Assembly: GCA_965116925.1 (NCBI GenBank)
Contig: OZ220744.1
Location: 736,001-800,000 of the forward strand
Length of the DNA: 64,000 nt
Origin: Candidatus Poribacteria bacterium
GTDB lineage: Bacteria; Poribacteria; WGA-4E; PCPOR2b
Direction: 5' to 3'
Shown: positions 10,527-21,364 of the stretch, in pieces
How positions within the stretch are numbered: position 1 is the stretch's first letter
How the letters are laid out: the number at the start of each line of letters is the position of its first letter
Made by a program: the position numbers and the translations under genes
Notes under the pieces: model-generated
Told to the model about the DNA's origin: nothing
What the model saw: the letters and a program-made list of their open reading frames with translations, nothing else
Database searches by the model: none

Positions 10527-10923
10527 AAATTCACCTCATATCATTCAAGTCTTTTTTTTGAAATATCAAGAGAATTGCTCGACTGACGCGTGAAACGTAA
10601 AGCGTAATGAGTAATACTTAAAAAAATGAAGCATTATGTATTATTGCTTTGAATGAACTAATGAACCAACTGTGTAAGTTCTAAGTTGGTTCATTCATTC
10701 TTCTTACGTTTCCCCCTTCGGATACACATGTCGCCTCTCTGGGGCTTTGGGTATGGCGCGGGTTACGGCATACGGAGTATGCCTATTACTATTCTATAGA
10801 CATGTCGCCCCTCTGGGGCTAAATGAACCAATGGTTTTCCCATATCACATTACCAACAGTTGCAAACTCGCAAAGGTTTTAGGACTTACGCATGTGTAAC
10901 TCCTAGGTTTATTATCTCGGCGG

Positions 10924-11808
10924 TTACGTGCGAATCTCTACGCCCCCCCGTTCTTCCTGAAGCCGCGCTACCGAGACCGATGCAAGCTGTCCCCAACCTC
11001 GGTTTCGTGCTTCGGTGAAACGCTGTTCGATGATGTTGGCGAGTTCCATCGGCAGGCGTAGTTGACGGGCCAGTTCGGTTGCCAGACCGACATCTTTCGC
11101 ACCCAAGTCTAGCTGAAACCCCGGCTCAAAATTGCCTTGAAATAGACTTGCGGGAAATTCCTGCATACACTCGGTATTGCCGGAGCTGTGAGAGATCGCT
11201 TCAAACATGGTTTCTGTTTGGGCACCGGCTTTGAGTCCCAGCGTCAGTGCTTCTGATACCAGAACGTAGTTGCCAAGATTGATGAGGTTATTGACAATTT
11301 TGCAGACGGCTCCCATGCCCTGCTCGCCGCAGTACATGACTTTTTCCCCGATGAGGTCGAGGACGGGTTTGTAAGACGTATAAACCGACTCATCGCCTCC
11401 GACCATGATACACAGTGTTGCCTGCTCGGCACCGGTGACACCGCCGCTGACTGGAGCGTCTAGCACATGGACGCCTTTGGGTTTTGCGGCAGCAGCTATG
11501 CGATGGATGGTATCTGGATCGGTGGTGCTCAGGTCAAAATATGCCAAGCCGGGTGCAGCACCGCTGAGGATACCGGAATCTCCTAGGGCGACCGCTTCCA
11601 CATCTTGGGGACGGGGCAGTGCTGTGAAGACGACTTGACTCGCCACCGCTACGGCCCCTGGGCTATCCGCCCATAATGCGCCCTGTGACAGCAACTCTTC
11701 GGCTGCTTCCCTGTGTGTATCAAATATCGTTAGGGTGTGACCGCCTTTGGCAAGGTTTCGTGCCATGAAGCGTCCCATACGCCCAATACCGATGAACCCG
11801 ATATTCAT
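10924..11808 (-). CDS. 3-hydroxyisobutyrate dehydrogenase family NAD(P)-dependent oxidoreductase
   Basis: MNIGFIGIGRMG, LDAPVSGG, KIVNN, AKDVGLA; ATG 11808 overlaps the upstream stop (ATGA). Confidence 0.9.
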   Translation of the reverse strand: MNIGFIGIGRMGRFMARNLAKGGHTLTIFDTHREAAEELLSQGALWADSPGAVAVASQVVFTALPRPQDVEAVALGDSGILSGAAPGLAYFDLSTTDPDTIHRIAAAAKPKGVHVLDAPVSGGVTGAEQATLCIMVGGDESVYTSYKPVLDLIGEKVMYCGEQGMGAVCKIVNNLINLGNYVLVSEALTLGLKAGAQTETMFEAISHSSGNTECMQEFPASLFQGNFEPGFQLDLGAKDVGLATELARQLRLPMELANIIEQRFTEARNRGWGQLASVSVARLQEERGGVEIRT

Positions 11809-12713
11809 ACCTGAGCCTCCGAGTATCGGCGCAGCCCGCTCGGTAATCCCTCTTGGTCGGACGCCGGTGGTTTGACGGGGGCTTCGCAGGGCCAGCATTG
11901 ACCGCCGGTGTGTTGATAATCTTCGCCGGCTAACCAACTGAACATTTCAGCCGCGGCGATGCCACATTTGAACTGCTCAAAGTGAGGCTCGCCGCCGAAG
12001 GTGGGCCAAGAGAAGTCGAAATCGGGGTCAATGATCCAGTCACGACGCGGTTCGGTTGTCCGCCAGTAGTTATACTTGAACAGGTTGCGGAAGCCGTTGA
12101 TGGTGCTTCTGCCCTTGCGGTGCCATATTGAGTAAACGGTGATGAAGATAGAGCCTGCGGGTGCGGTGGTTGGTACGGAGAGTTTCACACTGCGTAGGTG
12201 CGCCATGTAGTTGGCTTTGGTACGAAGAAAGTGGGAGCCGGGGATTACTTCGGTGGGGCCCGCCTCCTTCGGCGTGTCCTGTGGGTAATAGAACACTTGC
12301 AGGTAGTCTAAGCGTGGGGTGTAGATTGATCCGCCGTCACGATGCCACCCTTGGGGCGGTGCTGGACATGAGGCGCGGTGATTGCACAGTGTCTGGGGCA
12401 GCTTGAAGTCTTTGCCGAGCAACGATCTGACAGCACCCGCCGCTTGTGGATTTTTGAACACGCCGTCAACAAACCAGTCTTCGGTCAGGAGTTCGAGGGG
12501 TTGATGCTCCGGGTGTTCGTCCACGAAGTCCATCATACGGTGATTGACCACGTCTTCGACCACACCTTCAAGCAGCAGATACCCTTTACGGCAAAATTCA
12601 AATACCTCTTGATCGTTCAGCGTGGGTTCACAGTCGTAGGTGCTTCCTATTGTCGTCTCGCTGTGTGGGATTCTGATTTGTTCAACCGGGGAGGATGTCG
12701 TCGGATTCATCAA
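11805..12713 (-). CDS. PhyH (phytanoyl-CoA dioxygenase) family Fe(II)/2OG dioxygenase
   Basis: GWHRDG, YYPQD...GPTEVIPGSH, IWHR facial-triad residues. Confidence 0.85.
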   Translation of the reverse strand: MMNPTTSSPVEQIRIPHSETTIGSTYDCEPTLNDQEVFEFCRKGYLLLEGVVEDVVNHRMMDFVDEHPEHQPLELLTEDWFVDGVFKNPQAAGAVRSLLGKDFKLPQTLCNHRASCPAPPQGWHRDGGSIYTPRLDYLQVFYYPQDTPKEAGPTEVIPGSHFLRTKANYMAHLRSVKLSVPTTAPAGSIFITVYSIWHRKGRSTINGFRNLFKYNYWRTTEPRRDWIIDPDFDFSWPTFGGEPHFEQFKCGIAAAEMFSWLAGEDYQHTGGQCWPCEAPVKPPASDQEGLPSGLRRYSEAQV

Positions 12714-12767
12714 AAAGCTCCTTCTTTGCGGAACGCAGATCTGCGTTCCCTACAAATGGTCACGGTT

Positions 12768-13139
12768 TCAGGTTAATTTTTCGAGGATAAATTCGCATCC
12801 GAGGCCAAAGGTTTTGTCTTCTTGGAGCAGCAGCGCCATTTCCGGGAACTTGATTATCCGCCAACCGTCGTTCATCGCTTCGAGTACGGAGTTGTAGGGC
12901 CATTCGTCCACATCGTCGGGTGCTTCGAGGATTTCACCGTTCTCTACCAGTGCCATGCCGAGGACTTGGGAATCGACACCGGTGTTGCCGGTGTTCAGAT
13001 ACAGCAGTCGCTGCTGCTTGGGTGAGTCGTCGTCCGGAGCCTTGTCGAGACAGTCTAATGCCTGTTGAAGATCTGCTTCTACTAGTGTGCCGGCGCGTAG
13101 CTTGTCTAGCCAACCTTGGATCTGTTGTTTGTCAGGCAT
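12768..13139 (-). CDS. Hypothetical protein, 123 aa
   Basis: Co-oriented first gene of the 13139-10924 unit; WPYNSVLEAMNDGWRIIKFP segment. Confidence 0.7.
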   Translation of the reverse strand: MPDKQQIQGWLDKLRAGTLVEADLQQALDCLDKAPDDDSPKQQRLLYLNTGNTGVDSQVLGMALVENGEILEAPDDVDEWPYNSVLEAMNDGWRIIKFPEMALLLQEDKTFGLGCEFILEKLT

Positions 13140-13195
13140 CCTGGACTTCCTCTATCTGGTGTTTTTCTATATTTATCATGAACCCATTTGCTGCG

Positions 13196-13945
13196 ACACA
13201 CATGTCGCCCCGCTGGGGCTTTGGTTATTAGTATAGATCGGGTTTCTATAAACATGTCGCCCCGCTGGGGCTATCGGTCGGGCAAGATGCCCGACCTACG
13301 GGTATGGGGACAGTCGGGCGAGATGCCCGACCTACGGGTGTGGTGCGGGTTACGGCATACGGAGTATGCCTACTACTAGCAATTTGCGTTGAAATAAGTT
13401 TCATCTGTTGGTTTGCAACTTGGGATCACAATCTAACAGATTGTGGTACAAAAAACTATCTACTTTTAATGTCTGCTTATTTTTAGAATTCACTATAAAC
13501 ACATGTCGCCCCGCTGGGGCTTTGGTTATTAGTATAGATCGGGTTTCTATAAACATATCGCCCCGCTGGGGCTATCGGTCGGGCAAGATGCCCGACCTAC
13601 GGGTATGGGGACAGTCGGGCGAGATGCCCGACCTACGGGTGTGGTGCGGGTTACAGCATACGGAGTATGCCTACTACTAGCAATTTGCGTTGAAATAAGT
13701 TTCATCTGTTGGTTTGCAACTTGGGATCACAATCTAACAGATTGTGGTACAAAAAACTATCTACTTTTAATGTCTGCTTATTTTTAGAATTCACTATAAA
13801 CACATGTCGCCCCGCTGGGGCTTTGGTTATTAGTATAGATCGCGTTTCTATAAACATGTCGCCCCGCTGGGGCTATGGGTCGGGCAAGATGCCCGACCTA
13901 CGGGTGTGGTGCGGGTTACGGCATACGGAGTATGCCTACTACTAG
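13196..13945. repeat. Tandem repeat, about 2.4 x 301 bp, built of REP-like hairpins
   Basis: CATGTCGCCCCGCTGGGGCTTTGG at 13201, 13502, 13803; units nearly identical. Confidence 0.92.
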
Positions 13946-13948
13946 CAG

Positions 13949-14701
13949 TTACGCGCGTCCGACATAGGGCATCTTTGTCGCCATGACGGTTATGAATAGT
14001 ACGTTTGCCTCTAAGGGTAGGCTTGCCATGAACACGACAGCACCTGCAATATCGTCCGTGTCCATCCGTGGCTCGACCATGAGCGTTCCATTCGGTTGGA
14101 GGCTGCCGGTATCGCTTCTCTGTTCGGCGTCGATCGATGCATTGCCGATGTCAATTTGTCCACACGCAATATCGTATTTACGTCCGTCAAGGGAGGTCGA
14201 TTTTGTTAGCCCGGTCAGCGCGTGTTTGGTGGAAGCGTAGGGTGCGGAGTTGACGCGCGGCACGTGTGCTGATACGGAACCGTTATTTATGATGCGCCCG
14301 CCTCTGGGGTCTTGATCCTTCATAATCTTGAACGCTTCTTGCGTACACAGGAATGAGCCGGTTAGGTTGGTGTCCACGACCGTTTTCCACTGCTCGTAGG
14401 TCAGGTCTTCTAGGTTGACGCCCGGCGCACCGACTCCTGCGTTATTAAAGAGTAGGTCGAGCCTGCCAAAGGTCTCTTTGGTTTTGGCGAATAGGGCTTT
14501 GATGGAGTCGTGATCTGTTACATCTGTGGGGACAATCAATGTTCGCGAACTCGCTTCTCCCGCTTGATTGACCGTATCCTCTAGTGCTTCCGGGCGTCGC
14601 CCAGCTAGTGTAACGGAATACCCTTCATTTAGCAGTGCAAGCACCGTTCGCTGACCGATGTTGGAACCGGCACCTGTAACGATAGCAACTTTTGTACTCA
14701 T
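13949..14701 (-). CDS. SDR family oxidoreductase
   Basis: [12 protein letters not shown], catalytic YASTK. Confidence 0.93.
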   Translation of the reverse strand: MSTKVAIVTGAGSNIGQRTVLALLNEGYSVTLAGRRPEALEDTVNQAGEASSRTLIVPTDVTDHDSIKALFAKTKETFGRLDLLFNNAGVGAPGVNLEDLTYEQWKTVVDTNLTGSFLCTQEAFKIMKDQDPRGGRIINNGSVSAHVPRVNSAPYASTKHALTGLTKSTSLDGRKYDIACGQIDIGNASIDAEQRSDTGSLQPNGTLMVEPRMDTDDIAGAVVFMASLPLEANVLFITVMATKMPYVGRA

Positions 14702-14855
14702 ATGTTATATCTCCTCATTTTATTCTATGGATTGGATATTGTTTCGAGACGATGAAACGTGAAGCGTAAAACGTGAAAGCTCTTTGTTCATTGGTACATT
14801 GGTTCATTATCGTGGATCTTGGAATTAATGAGACACTCCAAACCGGTACGGTTAG

Positions 14856-14972
14856 ATGAAGATAAAAAAACAGTTCGGTAATTTGCTAGCGACGCCGGCG
14901 CGGTTGAAAACCGCGCCTACCGTATGTTTGGAGGAAAATAGGGATTACCGATTTAAATACTTACAATCTCAT
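14856..14972. mobile_element. 117-bp hairpin-apex element, copy 2, nested in a TATAGTG-type MITE
   Basis: Splits GGTACGGTT-AGA-AACCGCACC; the intact hairpin is visible near 19339. Confidence 0.8.
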
Positions 14973-16015
14973 GAAACCGCACCTACCGGGGGCGAAAGTG
15001 TCTATTTATTTTTGGTGTTCACCATAAGTTTTTAGCACGGACCGGCGGGGAAACCAGATGCCCCGCCTACGATTTTATAGAGTAAATCCGGGCGGGGTGC
15101 AACAGAAACCGAGTTTTCGAGAAAAAACTCGGTTTCTCCTGAAAATAACGGATTTCCCCTGCCCTGATAAATCGAGACCAGGGTACATTCTAATCTATTG
15201 GAACCGACCCCTCCGTTTCGATGGCCCATCAACACGATTCGGCAATTTGGCAGGGCACTGGCAGGTCCAAAAAAAAATTTAACCTCACATCGGAGGGGTC
15301 ATCATTAGCCGATGTCTCTCTGAACCCTGATGGGGCCTAGCTTCAGCGCATTTGTAGATTTGTACCACGCAAGAGAAGGGGCGTCCAGACGGCTTTTTGA
15401 CCTGCCAAATACGCACTGTTTATGAACCGTTTTTCACTGAAATAGCACCATAACCAAGCCAAATGGCAGGATTTGGCAGGGCACTGACAGGTGAAAAAAC
15501 TATTTTACGCTCTATAAACATGTCGCCCCTCTGGGGCTAAATGAACCAACACACCTTTTCCCGTCCCGATTTGATTGAGGCTCCCAAGAATCGGGATTTT
15601 CACGCATCATGTATTGTGTTTCTATCATAGCACCGGAGGGAGAGTAGGTCAAGTGAAAATTCATAGTGCCACAGAAACCAAGTTTTCCAAAAAAAACTCG
15701 GTTTCTCTTCCCGTTTTGCACTTTCTTTTTATATGAGGGGTGTGCATGTGTAGCCATCTTAGTAGATTAACCCTATTGCTGTGCATACACATTGCGCTCC
15801 GCTGGAGCGCAGGCATTGACTTTATCGCCTTCTATAGACATATCGCTCCGCTGGAGCGAAGGTTTCTGTCGAATCACCGGGACTTCTGTGTATTCAACTT
15901 GTTGAAGGAACGTAAGTCCGGTAGCAGCTTTGTTTGCTTATCAATGTTTTCTGGGTAATCAGCTGACTCCGTGATTCAAACAATAATGATGCACCCCCCT
16001 CTTTTTATATGAATC

Positions 16016-16393
16016 TCACCTCTCCTTCTCAAAGTTCTCGACTAACTCAACCAACACCGCATAGTTCGTTGGATCCTTATCACAATCCGCAGCGTGTGTG
16101 GACAGCGGTAAGCCCTGTTTTTTACGATTCTTACAGCTGCAAACTAGTCCCGCTGCTGTGAGGGGGGCAAGATGCCATCGAAAATCCGGTTCGACACTAT
16201 CCATCACAACGTAAGGAATTGTATCCTCAGGCACCCCATCCCACCATTTTGTCTTTGGGTTATAGCGCAGCCCTTCAACATCCACCCATTCTCCCGGTGC
16301 ATGGGATCGTTTCTCAACTGGGGACTGTTGAGGTATGTCATACCGTTTTAGTGTGTTTCGTTTAACTCGCCTCACTTTCCACTCTCCTTTCAT
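16016..16393 (-). CDS. Hypothetical protein, possibly phage-derived
   Basis: Overlaps upstream ORF; CSC...HAADC possible metal ligands; start uncertain. Confidence 0.5.
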   Translation of the reverse strand: MKGEWKVRRVKRNTLKRYDIPQQSPVEKRSHAPGEWVDVEGLRYNPKTKWWDGVPEDTIPYVVMDSVEPDFRWHLAPLTAAGLVCSCKNRKKQGLPLSTHAADCDKDPTNYAVLVELVENFEKER

Positions 16394-16829
16394 CGTCTGA
16401 AATCAGACCGAGCAGCTCCTGTACCCACATACGCGTTTCCCGATAAACCATCACAACCCTTCTGAGCTCCTTCCAATCGACCTCATCTGTTTTTTGCAGT
16501 GCGGCTAATTTCTGACCCACCAAACACTGAATCTGCTGTGCATGTTCAAAGTCCATATCGGTAAAGGCGTTTACTTCCTCTTGCCTTTTTTGGATCAGTT
16601 GATTAAGGGCTTCCTGTGCCTGTTTTTTATCAAATGCTTCTGCACGCTCTACCCAATGATAATCGCTGCTATACCGATACAATGTCCGAGGTGCACTTTT
16701 TTTTCCATTGACATTTGCTTGGCATAGTTTCTCAACGGATCGAGGTGTTGGCATTCCGAGGTAAGCCTGAAAACACTCAAAAGCACGTGGACTTTCTCCA
16801 TCAATGGGTGTGTCGAATTGTATACCCAT
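16362..16829 (-). CDS. Phage terminase small subunit-like HTH / coiled-coil protein
   Basis: GESPRAFECFQAY...RSVEKL...YHWVERAEAFD followed by a coiled coil; RBS GGAGG upstream. Confidence 0.5.
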   Translation of the reverse strand: MGIQFDTPIDGESPRAFECFQAYLGMPTPRSVEKLCQANVNGKKSAPRTLYRYSSDYHWVERAEAFDKKQAQEALNQLIQKRQEEVNAFTDMDFEHAQQIQCLVGQKLAALQKTDEVDWKELRRVVMVYRETRMWVQELLGLISDDERRVESEAS

Positions 16830-17162
16830 AGTGTAATACCCTCCTTTTGCCCAATTATATCATATTGTTATGCAAGATGCAACGACGTGATATGGTCGTT
16901 ATGGTCATTTATGGTAGATTTTAGAATTAATTGAAGGGTGTTCATAATTATATTGTCTGAATCGCGGATTAGGAAGATGACACAGATTACACGGATTATT
17001 GCCTCGATGAATCCCCGGCCGGGACAGGCGGAACGGAATAGGCGGGATTCAGGGCGATCTGAATCGGGATTTTCAGGATCTGTGTCCCTCCTAAACCGTG
17101 CGTGTGACTTTTACTCCGCACGACTTTCATAGTCATAAATTGATGGTGTCGTTTAATGATTA

Positions 17163-17529
17163 GGGCGTGTTGACATTTTGAAGCTGCTCATTCAGCAGAC
17201 GCTGTAAGCATCAGGCAAGATGCCATAAGTAGCGCGAACTGTTAGTTTGCTGGCGGGGATCACAATCTAACAGATCGTGGTACAAAAGGAGATTGTCGGT
17301 TGAGATTCATATCTCGACAGAATATCCAGCGTGCCGTGCAACAATCCGGGTTTATTGAGTCAAAACTATCGCGCTATGTCCTTAGGTGGTGTCGATTTTG
17401 GAAAATCGACCTACAGAAATCCGAAGCCATCTCTGATGTGTGAACAAAAGGTTGGGTGACCTAACCCCTACGAAGGGTTATGTGTTTGTGTGCCCCCTTG
17501 ATTGTCTGATTGCGATGAAATGTCAACAG
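17163..17529. mobile_element. MITE, IS5-like shell, right tip truncated
   Basis: TA-GGGCGTGTTGACATTT...AAATGTCAACAG; co-linear with 21365-21854 but has one 40-bp unit instead of four. Confidence 0.75.
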
Positions 17530-17810
17530 CGCGGGTTACGGCATACGGAGTATGCCTATTACTATTCTATAGACATGCCGCTCCTCTGGGGCTTTGGGTA
17601 TGGCGCGGGTTACGGCATACGGAGTATGCCTATTACTATTCTATAGACATGTCGCCCCGCTGGGGCTAAATGAATCGCTGAACTAATGATTTTTACGTTT
17701 CACGTTTCACGTTATCAACAGCTGCAAACTAGCACCATCGGTTTTTTTAACCCCCCTAGCCCCCCTTATCAGGGGGGACTTATGGACTAGCTGCGTAAGT
17801 CCTATCCGTT

Positions 17811-18608
17811 TTATCCGACCCGTGCGCTTAAGCCGCCATCAACGGGCAGAAGTACCCCTGTGATGTAGCGTGCATCGTCGGAGGCGAGGAACGCGGCTGC
17901 AGCAGCGACATCCCAGCCGGTGCCCATCTTTTGGAGAAGCGGTACGTCTTCGTCGCGTTCCTTACGGATAACTTCGTGGCTCACTCCGCGCTCTGCTACC
18001 CGTCGCTCAATCGCCATAGGGGTATCCATCAGACCGGGTAAGATAGCGTTTACGCGAACCCCGTATTCCGCATTTTCGATGGCGAGGTTTTGTGTCATCG
18101 CATTGATTGCGGCTTTGCTAGTTTTGTATGCGAGCATGGTCGGTCGCGTGCAGAGCGACGCCGTCGAGGAGATATTGATAATGACTCCCGATCCTTGAGC
18201 TCGCATCACCGGCAGGACGTGCTTGATGGTGAGAAACATGCCTTTGAGGTTGACCTCCATCAATAGTTCCCAATTTGCCTCAGTCACATCAGTCGTGTCA
18301 GCATCACCCGCTGCGATCCCGACGTTGTTATGCAGGATATCGATACGTCCGTAGCGAGCAACACAGTCTTCGACGATCATCTGACAGTCCGCTTCAACGG
18401 TGATGTCCGCACCGAAAACTGAGGCTTTACCGTCAACTGCTTTTATCATCTGGGCGGTATCTTCGGCGGATTCGGGTCGTTTGTCAACGAGAAGCACCCG
18501 CGCCCCCTCCTTTGCGAAACGGATCGCGGTTGCCCTGCCGTTGCCGATGGTTTCGCCCGGTGTTTGTCCGGCACCAACGACGATTGCAACCTTGTTACTA
18601 AGCCCCAT
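17811..18608 (-). CDS. SDR family oxidoreductase
   Basis: GAGQTPGETIGNG, NNVG, YKTSK, VDGG; start moved to ATG 18608 behind AGGAG. Confidence 0.92.
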   Translation of the reverse strand: MGLSNKVAIVVGAGQTPGETIGNGRATAIRFAKEGARVLLVDKRPESAEDTAQMIKAVDGKASVFGADITVEADCQMIVEDCVARYGRIDILHNNVGIAAGDADTTDVTEANWELLMEVNLKGMFLTIKHVLPVMRAQGSGVIINISSTASLCTRPTMLAYKTSKAAINAMTQNLAIENAEYGVRVNAILPGLMDTPMAIERRVAERGVSHEVIRKERDEDVPLLQKMGTGWDVAAAAAFLASDDARYITGVLLPVDGGLSARVG

Positions 18609-18638
18609 ACACAATCTCCTTTCGTTCAAAACGTTCTG

Positions 18639-19247
18639 TTAATCTTTCTTTGCTTCAGTACCAACGAACGGTGCACTCTCACCGGTGGGGACCGGCACCT
18701 CGAATACATTTAGTGTCATTGACACGAGTGTGTAGTAACCGAGCAGGATTACTAGCTCCGCAACCCCTGTTTCACCGAGCAGCTCAATCGCTTCAGCGTA
18801 CAGATTGTCTGAGACGCGATGTTCGTCGAGCAATTCGCGGGCAAAGTTGTAGACCACCGCCTCGGTTGGATTAGAGAAATCTGGGAGTGTTTCCGCTTTG
18901 ATGCTTTCTATTACCCCTTCGTCCAAACCCTCGCGTCTTGCGATTCTTTCGTGCGCCCACCACTCGTATTGTGCCTTCCATTTGGCGGCAACGATTAAAA
19001 TTGCGAGTTCTCGTAGTTGTGGCAGGAGAGTGCTTTCAAAACGGACGGTTTCGCCGAGCCGTTGTGCTGCATCGCCCAGCACTGGGCTTCTGAGCCACGG
19101 ATTGAATGGACCGCTCATCCCTCCTTCTGAGTTGAGGAGATCTTCGGGAGCCCGTCCTTCGCCGCGCTTGCCACCGGTGATGTTTTTGAAAAGACGCTCT
19201 TGCGCTTCGGTAAAGTTTTCAGGCGTGATGTATGATATTCGACTCAT
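18639..19247 (-). CDS. Carboxymuconolactone decarboxylase (CMD/AhpD-like) family protein
   Basis: GPFNPWLRSP, LRELAIL, YEWWAH, LLGYY. Confidence 0.85.
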   Translation of the reverse strand: MSRISYITPENFTEAQERLFKNITGGKRGEGRAPEDLLNSEGGMSGPFNPWLRSPVLGDAAQRLGETVRFESTLLPQLRELAILIVAAKWKAQYEWWAHERIARREGLDEGVIESIKAETLPDFSNPTEAVVYNFARELLDEHRVSDNLYAEAIELLGETGVAELVILLGYYTLVSMTLNVFEVPVPTGESAPFVGTEAKKD

Positions 19248-19301
19248 TACTCGATTCCTTTTTGCTTACGTTAATGGTCAGGAGCTGCACATTTTCAGTT
19301 C

Positions 19302-19403
19302 TATAGTGGATCTTAGAATTAATGAGACACGCCAAACCGGTGCGGTTAGAAACCGCACCTACCGGGGGACGAAAGTGTCTATTTATTTTTAGAATTCACC
19401 ATA
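19302..19403. mobile_element. TATAGTG-ended MITE carrying a GTAG hairpin
   Basis: Ends TATAGTGGATCTTAGAATT / TTTTAGAATTCACCATA; other copies near 8600, 14808, 20130, 33828, 44765, 55137, 61697. Confidence 0.8.
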
Positions 19404-19640
19404 AAAGCAGAGAGGGACGCAGTTTCCCACGATAAGATCGGCATTCAATACAACTTGAATACTATAGACATGTCGCCCCGCTGGGGCTAAATGCACTAAT
19501 GCACCGCATCCCGTTTCACGCTTCGTTTTCTATTCTGTAAATCCTTCAATCCAGAGAATCCTGATTCAGACAATAATTATGAGCACGCCGCATATAACCA
19601 TCCGAATGATTTCGATGAACTGATGTGAAGAAAAGCGAAA

Positions 19641-19731
19641 GGCTCATGTAAAAAGAAAGTGCAAAGCACGAAGAGAAACCGAGTTTTCAAGAAAAAACTC
19701 GGTTTCTTTGCACTAAATCTTAACATGAGTG
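19641..19731. mobile_element. 91-bp MITE, IS1595-like shell
   Basis: GGCTCATG...CATGAGTG, exact 8-bp duplication AAGCGAAA; cargo hairpin AGAAACCGAG...CTCGGTTTCT. Confidence 0.82.
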
Positions 19732-19741
19732 AAGCGAAATT

Positions 19742-19770
19742 ACTGTATCACGCCCCCTACACGGCGTCAA
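19742..19770 (-). promoter_or_regulatory. Putative sigma70 promoter for the CMD-SDR genes
   Basis: Minus strand TTGACG-N17-TACAGT. Confidence 0.5.
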
Positions 19771-20302
19771 GCGTAAAGTAGTGCAACGGGCGGGGGGACC
19801 CCGCCCCTACGATTGGGGTAGGTCTTCATTTGCAGCCGTAAGGATTGGGTCTCCCAACCTATTAAGCATGGGTATTTTGTCGAGATATGAATATAGATCT
19901 ACAGTTGATGCCGGGCAAGTACAGGTTGGAAACCTGTACCCACGAGGGGATAAGGTGGAGCCCTCATTGTCGTTGAGAGGGATTTGTTTCTAGCCTTTCA
20001 ACCCAACCTACGGATTAGCAAATGTCAACCGTAGATCTGAAGTTTTTGATAGCGTCCCCACCACATTTGTGATACCATCCGAGAGAACAAAAATATACCG
20101 TGTAAGACTTTGGCACATTTTCATAAGTTTATAGTGGATCTTAGAATTAATGAGACACGCCAAACCGGTGCGGGGAAAAACGCACCGAATCGGCGCAGTT
20201 AAAAACAGTGCCTACCAAATCCCGATTTATCGAGATTGAAACCGAGTGGCGAAAGTGTCTATTTATTTTTAGAATTCACCATAATAGATGCAGGAGGAGA
20301 CA

Positions 20303-21361
20303 ATGAAGACCTACCGAGTGGCGATTGTGGGGCTGGGGCGTATGGGCAGTACACTTGATCAATCAATTGCGTCGGCGTCCCATGTGAGTGAAAGGCTTGA
20401 AGTGGTGGCAGGAGCGGAAACGATTCCGGAACGGCGGACGGCATTCCAAGAGAAATGGGGCGTAGAAACGGTTTATGAAGACTATCAAGAGATGATTGAG
20501 AAGGAGCAGCCGGATCTGGTGGGGGTGTGTACCACGGCAACAGGTTTGCCCAAACCGGGCAATCGTGCGCCATCGACCGCTTTTCGGGACGACGCACATG
20601 CGGATATGGCGGTTTATGCAGCGAACGCCGGTGTGCCGATGCTGTTCGTGGAGAAGGCGATATCCTGTTCTGTGGAGAAGGCTGATGAAGTCCTCGAAGC
20701 CTGTCGCAAACATAGCACCGCGTTCAACACCGGTGTATTAAGGCGTTTTAGCGGGCGGTACAAGCGGATACGGGAGATGATTGCGCGAGGGGATATCGGT
20801 GAACCGCAATCGGCGGTGGTCTATGGAGCTGCCAGCCTGATGCACGTGCACATCCACTGGATGGATACCCTTTCCTACCTGCTCGGCGATCCAGAGATTG
20901 CAGCAGTACGCGGGGATCTGTTGCCCAGAAGTATCGAGGTTAAGGACAATCGGCTGGAGGAAGATCCGCAGGGACTTTTTCAGCTTGTTTTCGCCAACGG
21001 AATTGAAGCGTGGTCGGTGCCGGATGGGGGGCGAGAGTATGAGATCGTCGGGACGGAAGGCACCCTCCGATCGATGTGGGATGGTGCAGCGGTGACTTTC
21101 CGGAAGCTGAATGGCGCCGATGATTGGCCCCTACAATGGGAAGGGGAGGCATTTCCAGAGGAGACTCCGGTCAGCACGGTTGTTTCTTTGCTAGAGGACT
21201 TGGTAAACTCGCATGAATCGGGAAAGCCGTCAATTGGCAATATTGAGGTCACTCATCCAATCACAGAGGCGTGCATCACTGTAGCGGAGAGCCATCGGCA
21301 GGGTGGTCGGTGGATTGATTTACCGATGCAGAATCGGGATTTGTATGTGTTTCATGTTTAG
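20303..21361 (+). CDS. Gfo/Idh/MocA family oxidoreductase
   Basis: AIVGLGRMG, LFVEKAI; start ATG 20303 behind AGGAGG. Confidence 0.88.
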   Translation: MKTYRVAIVGLGRMGSTLDQSIASASHVSERLEVVAGAETIPERRTAFQEKWGVETVYEDYQEMIEKEQPDLVGVCTTATGLPKPGNRAPSTAFRDDAHADMAVYAANAGVPMLFVEKAISCSVEKADEVLEACRKHSTAFNTGVLRRFSGRYKRIREMIARGDIGEPQSAVVYGAASLMHVHIHWMDTLSYLLGDPEIAAVRGDLLPRSIEVKDNRLEEDPQGLFQLVFANGIEAWSVPDGGREYEIVGTEGTLRSMWDGAAVTFRKLNGADDWPLQWEGEAFPEETPVSTVVSLLEDLVNSHESGKPSIGNIEVTHPITEACITVAESHRQGGRWIDLPMQNRDLYVFHV

Positions 21362-21364
21362 CTA

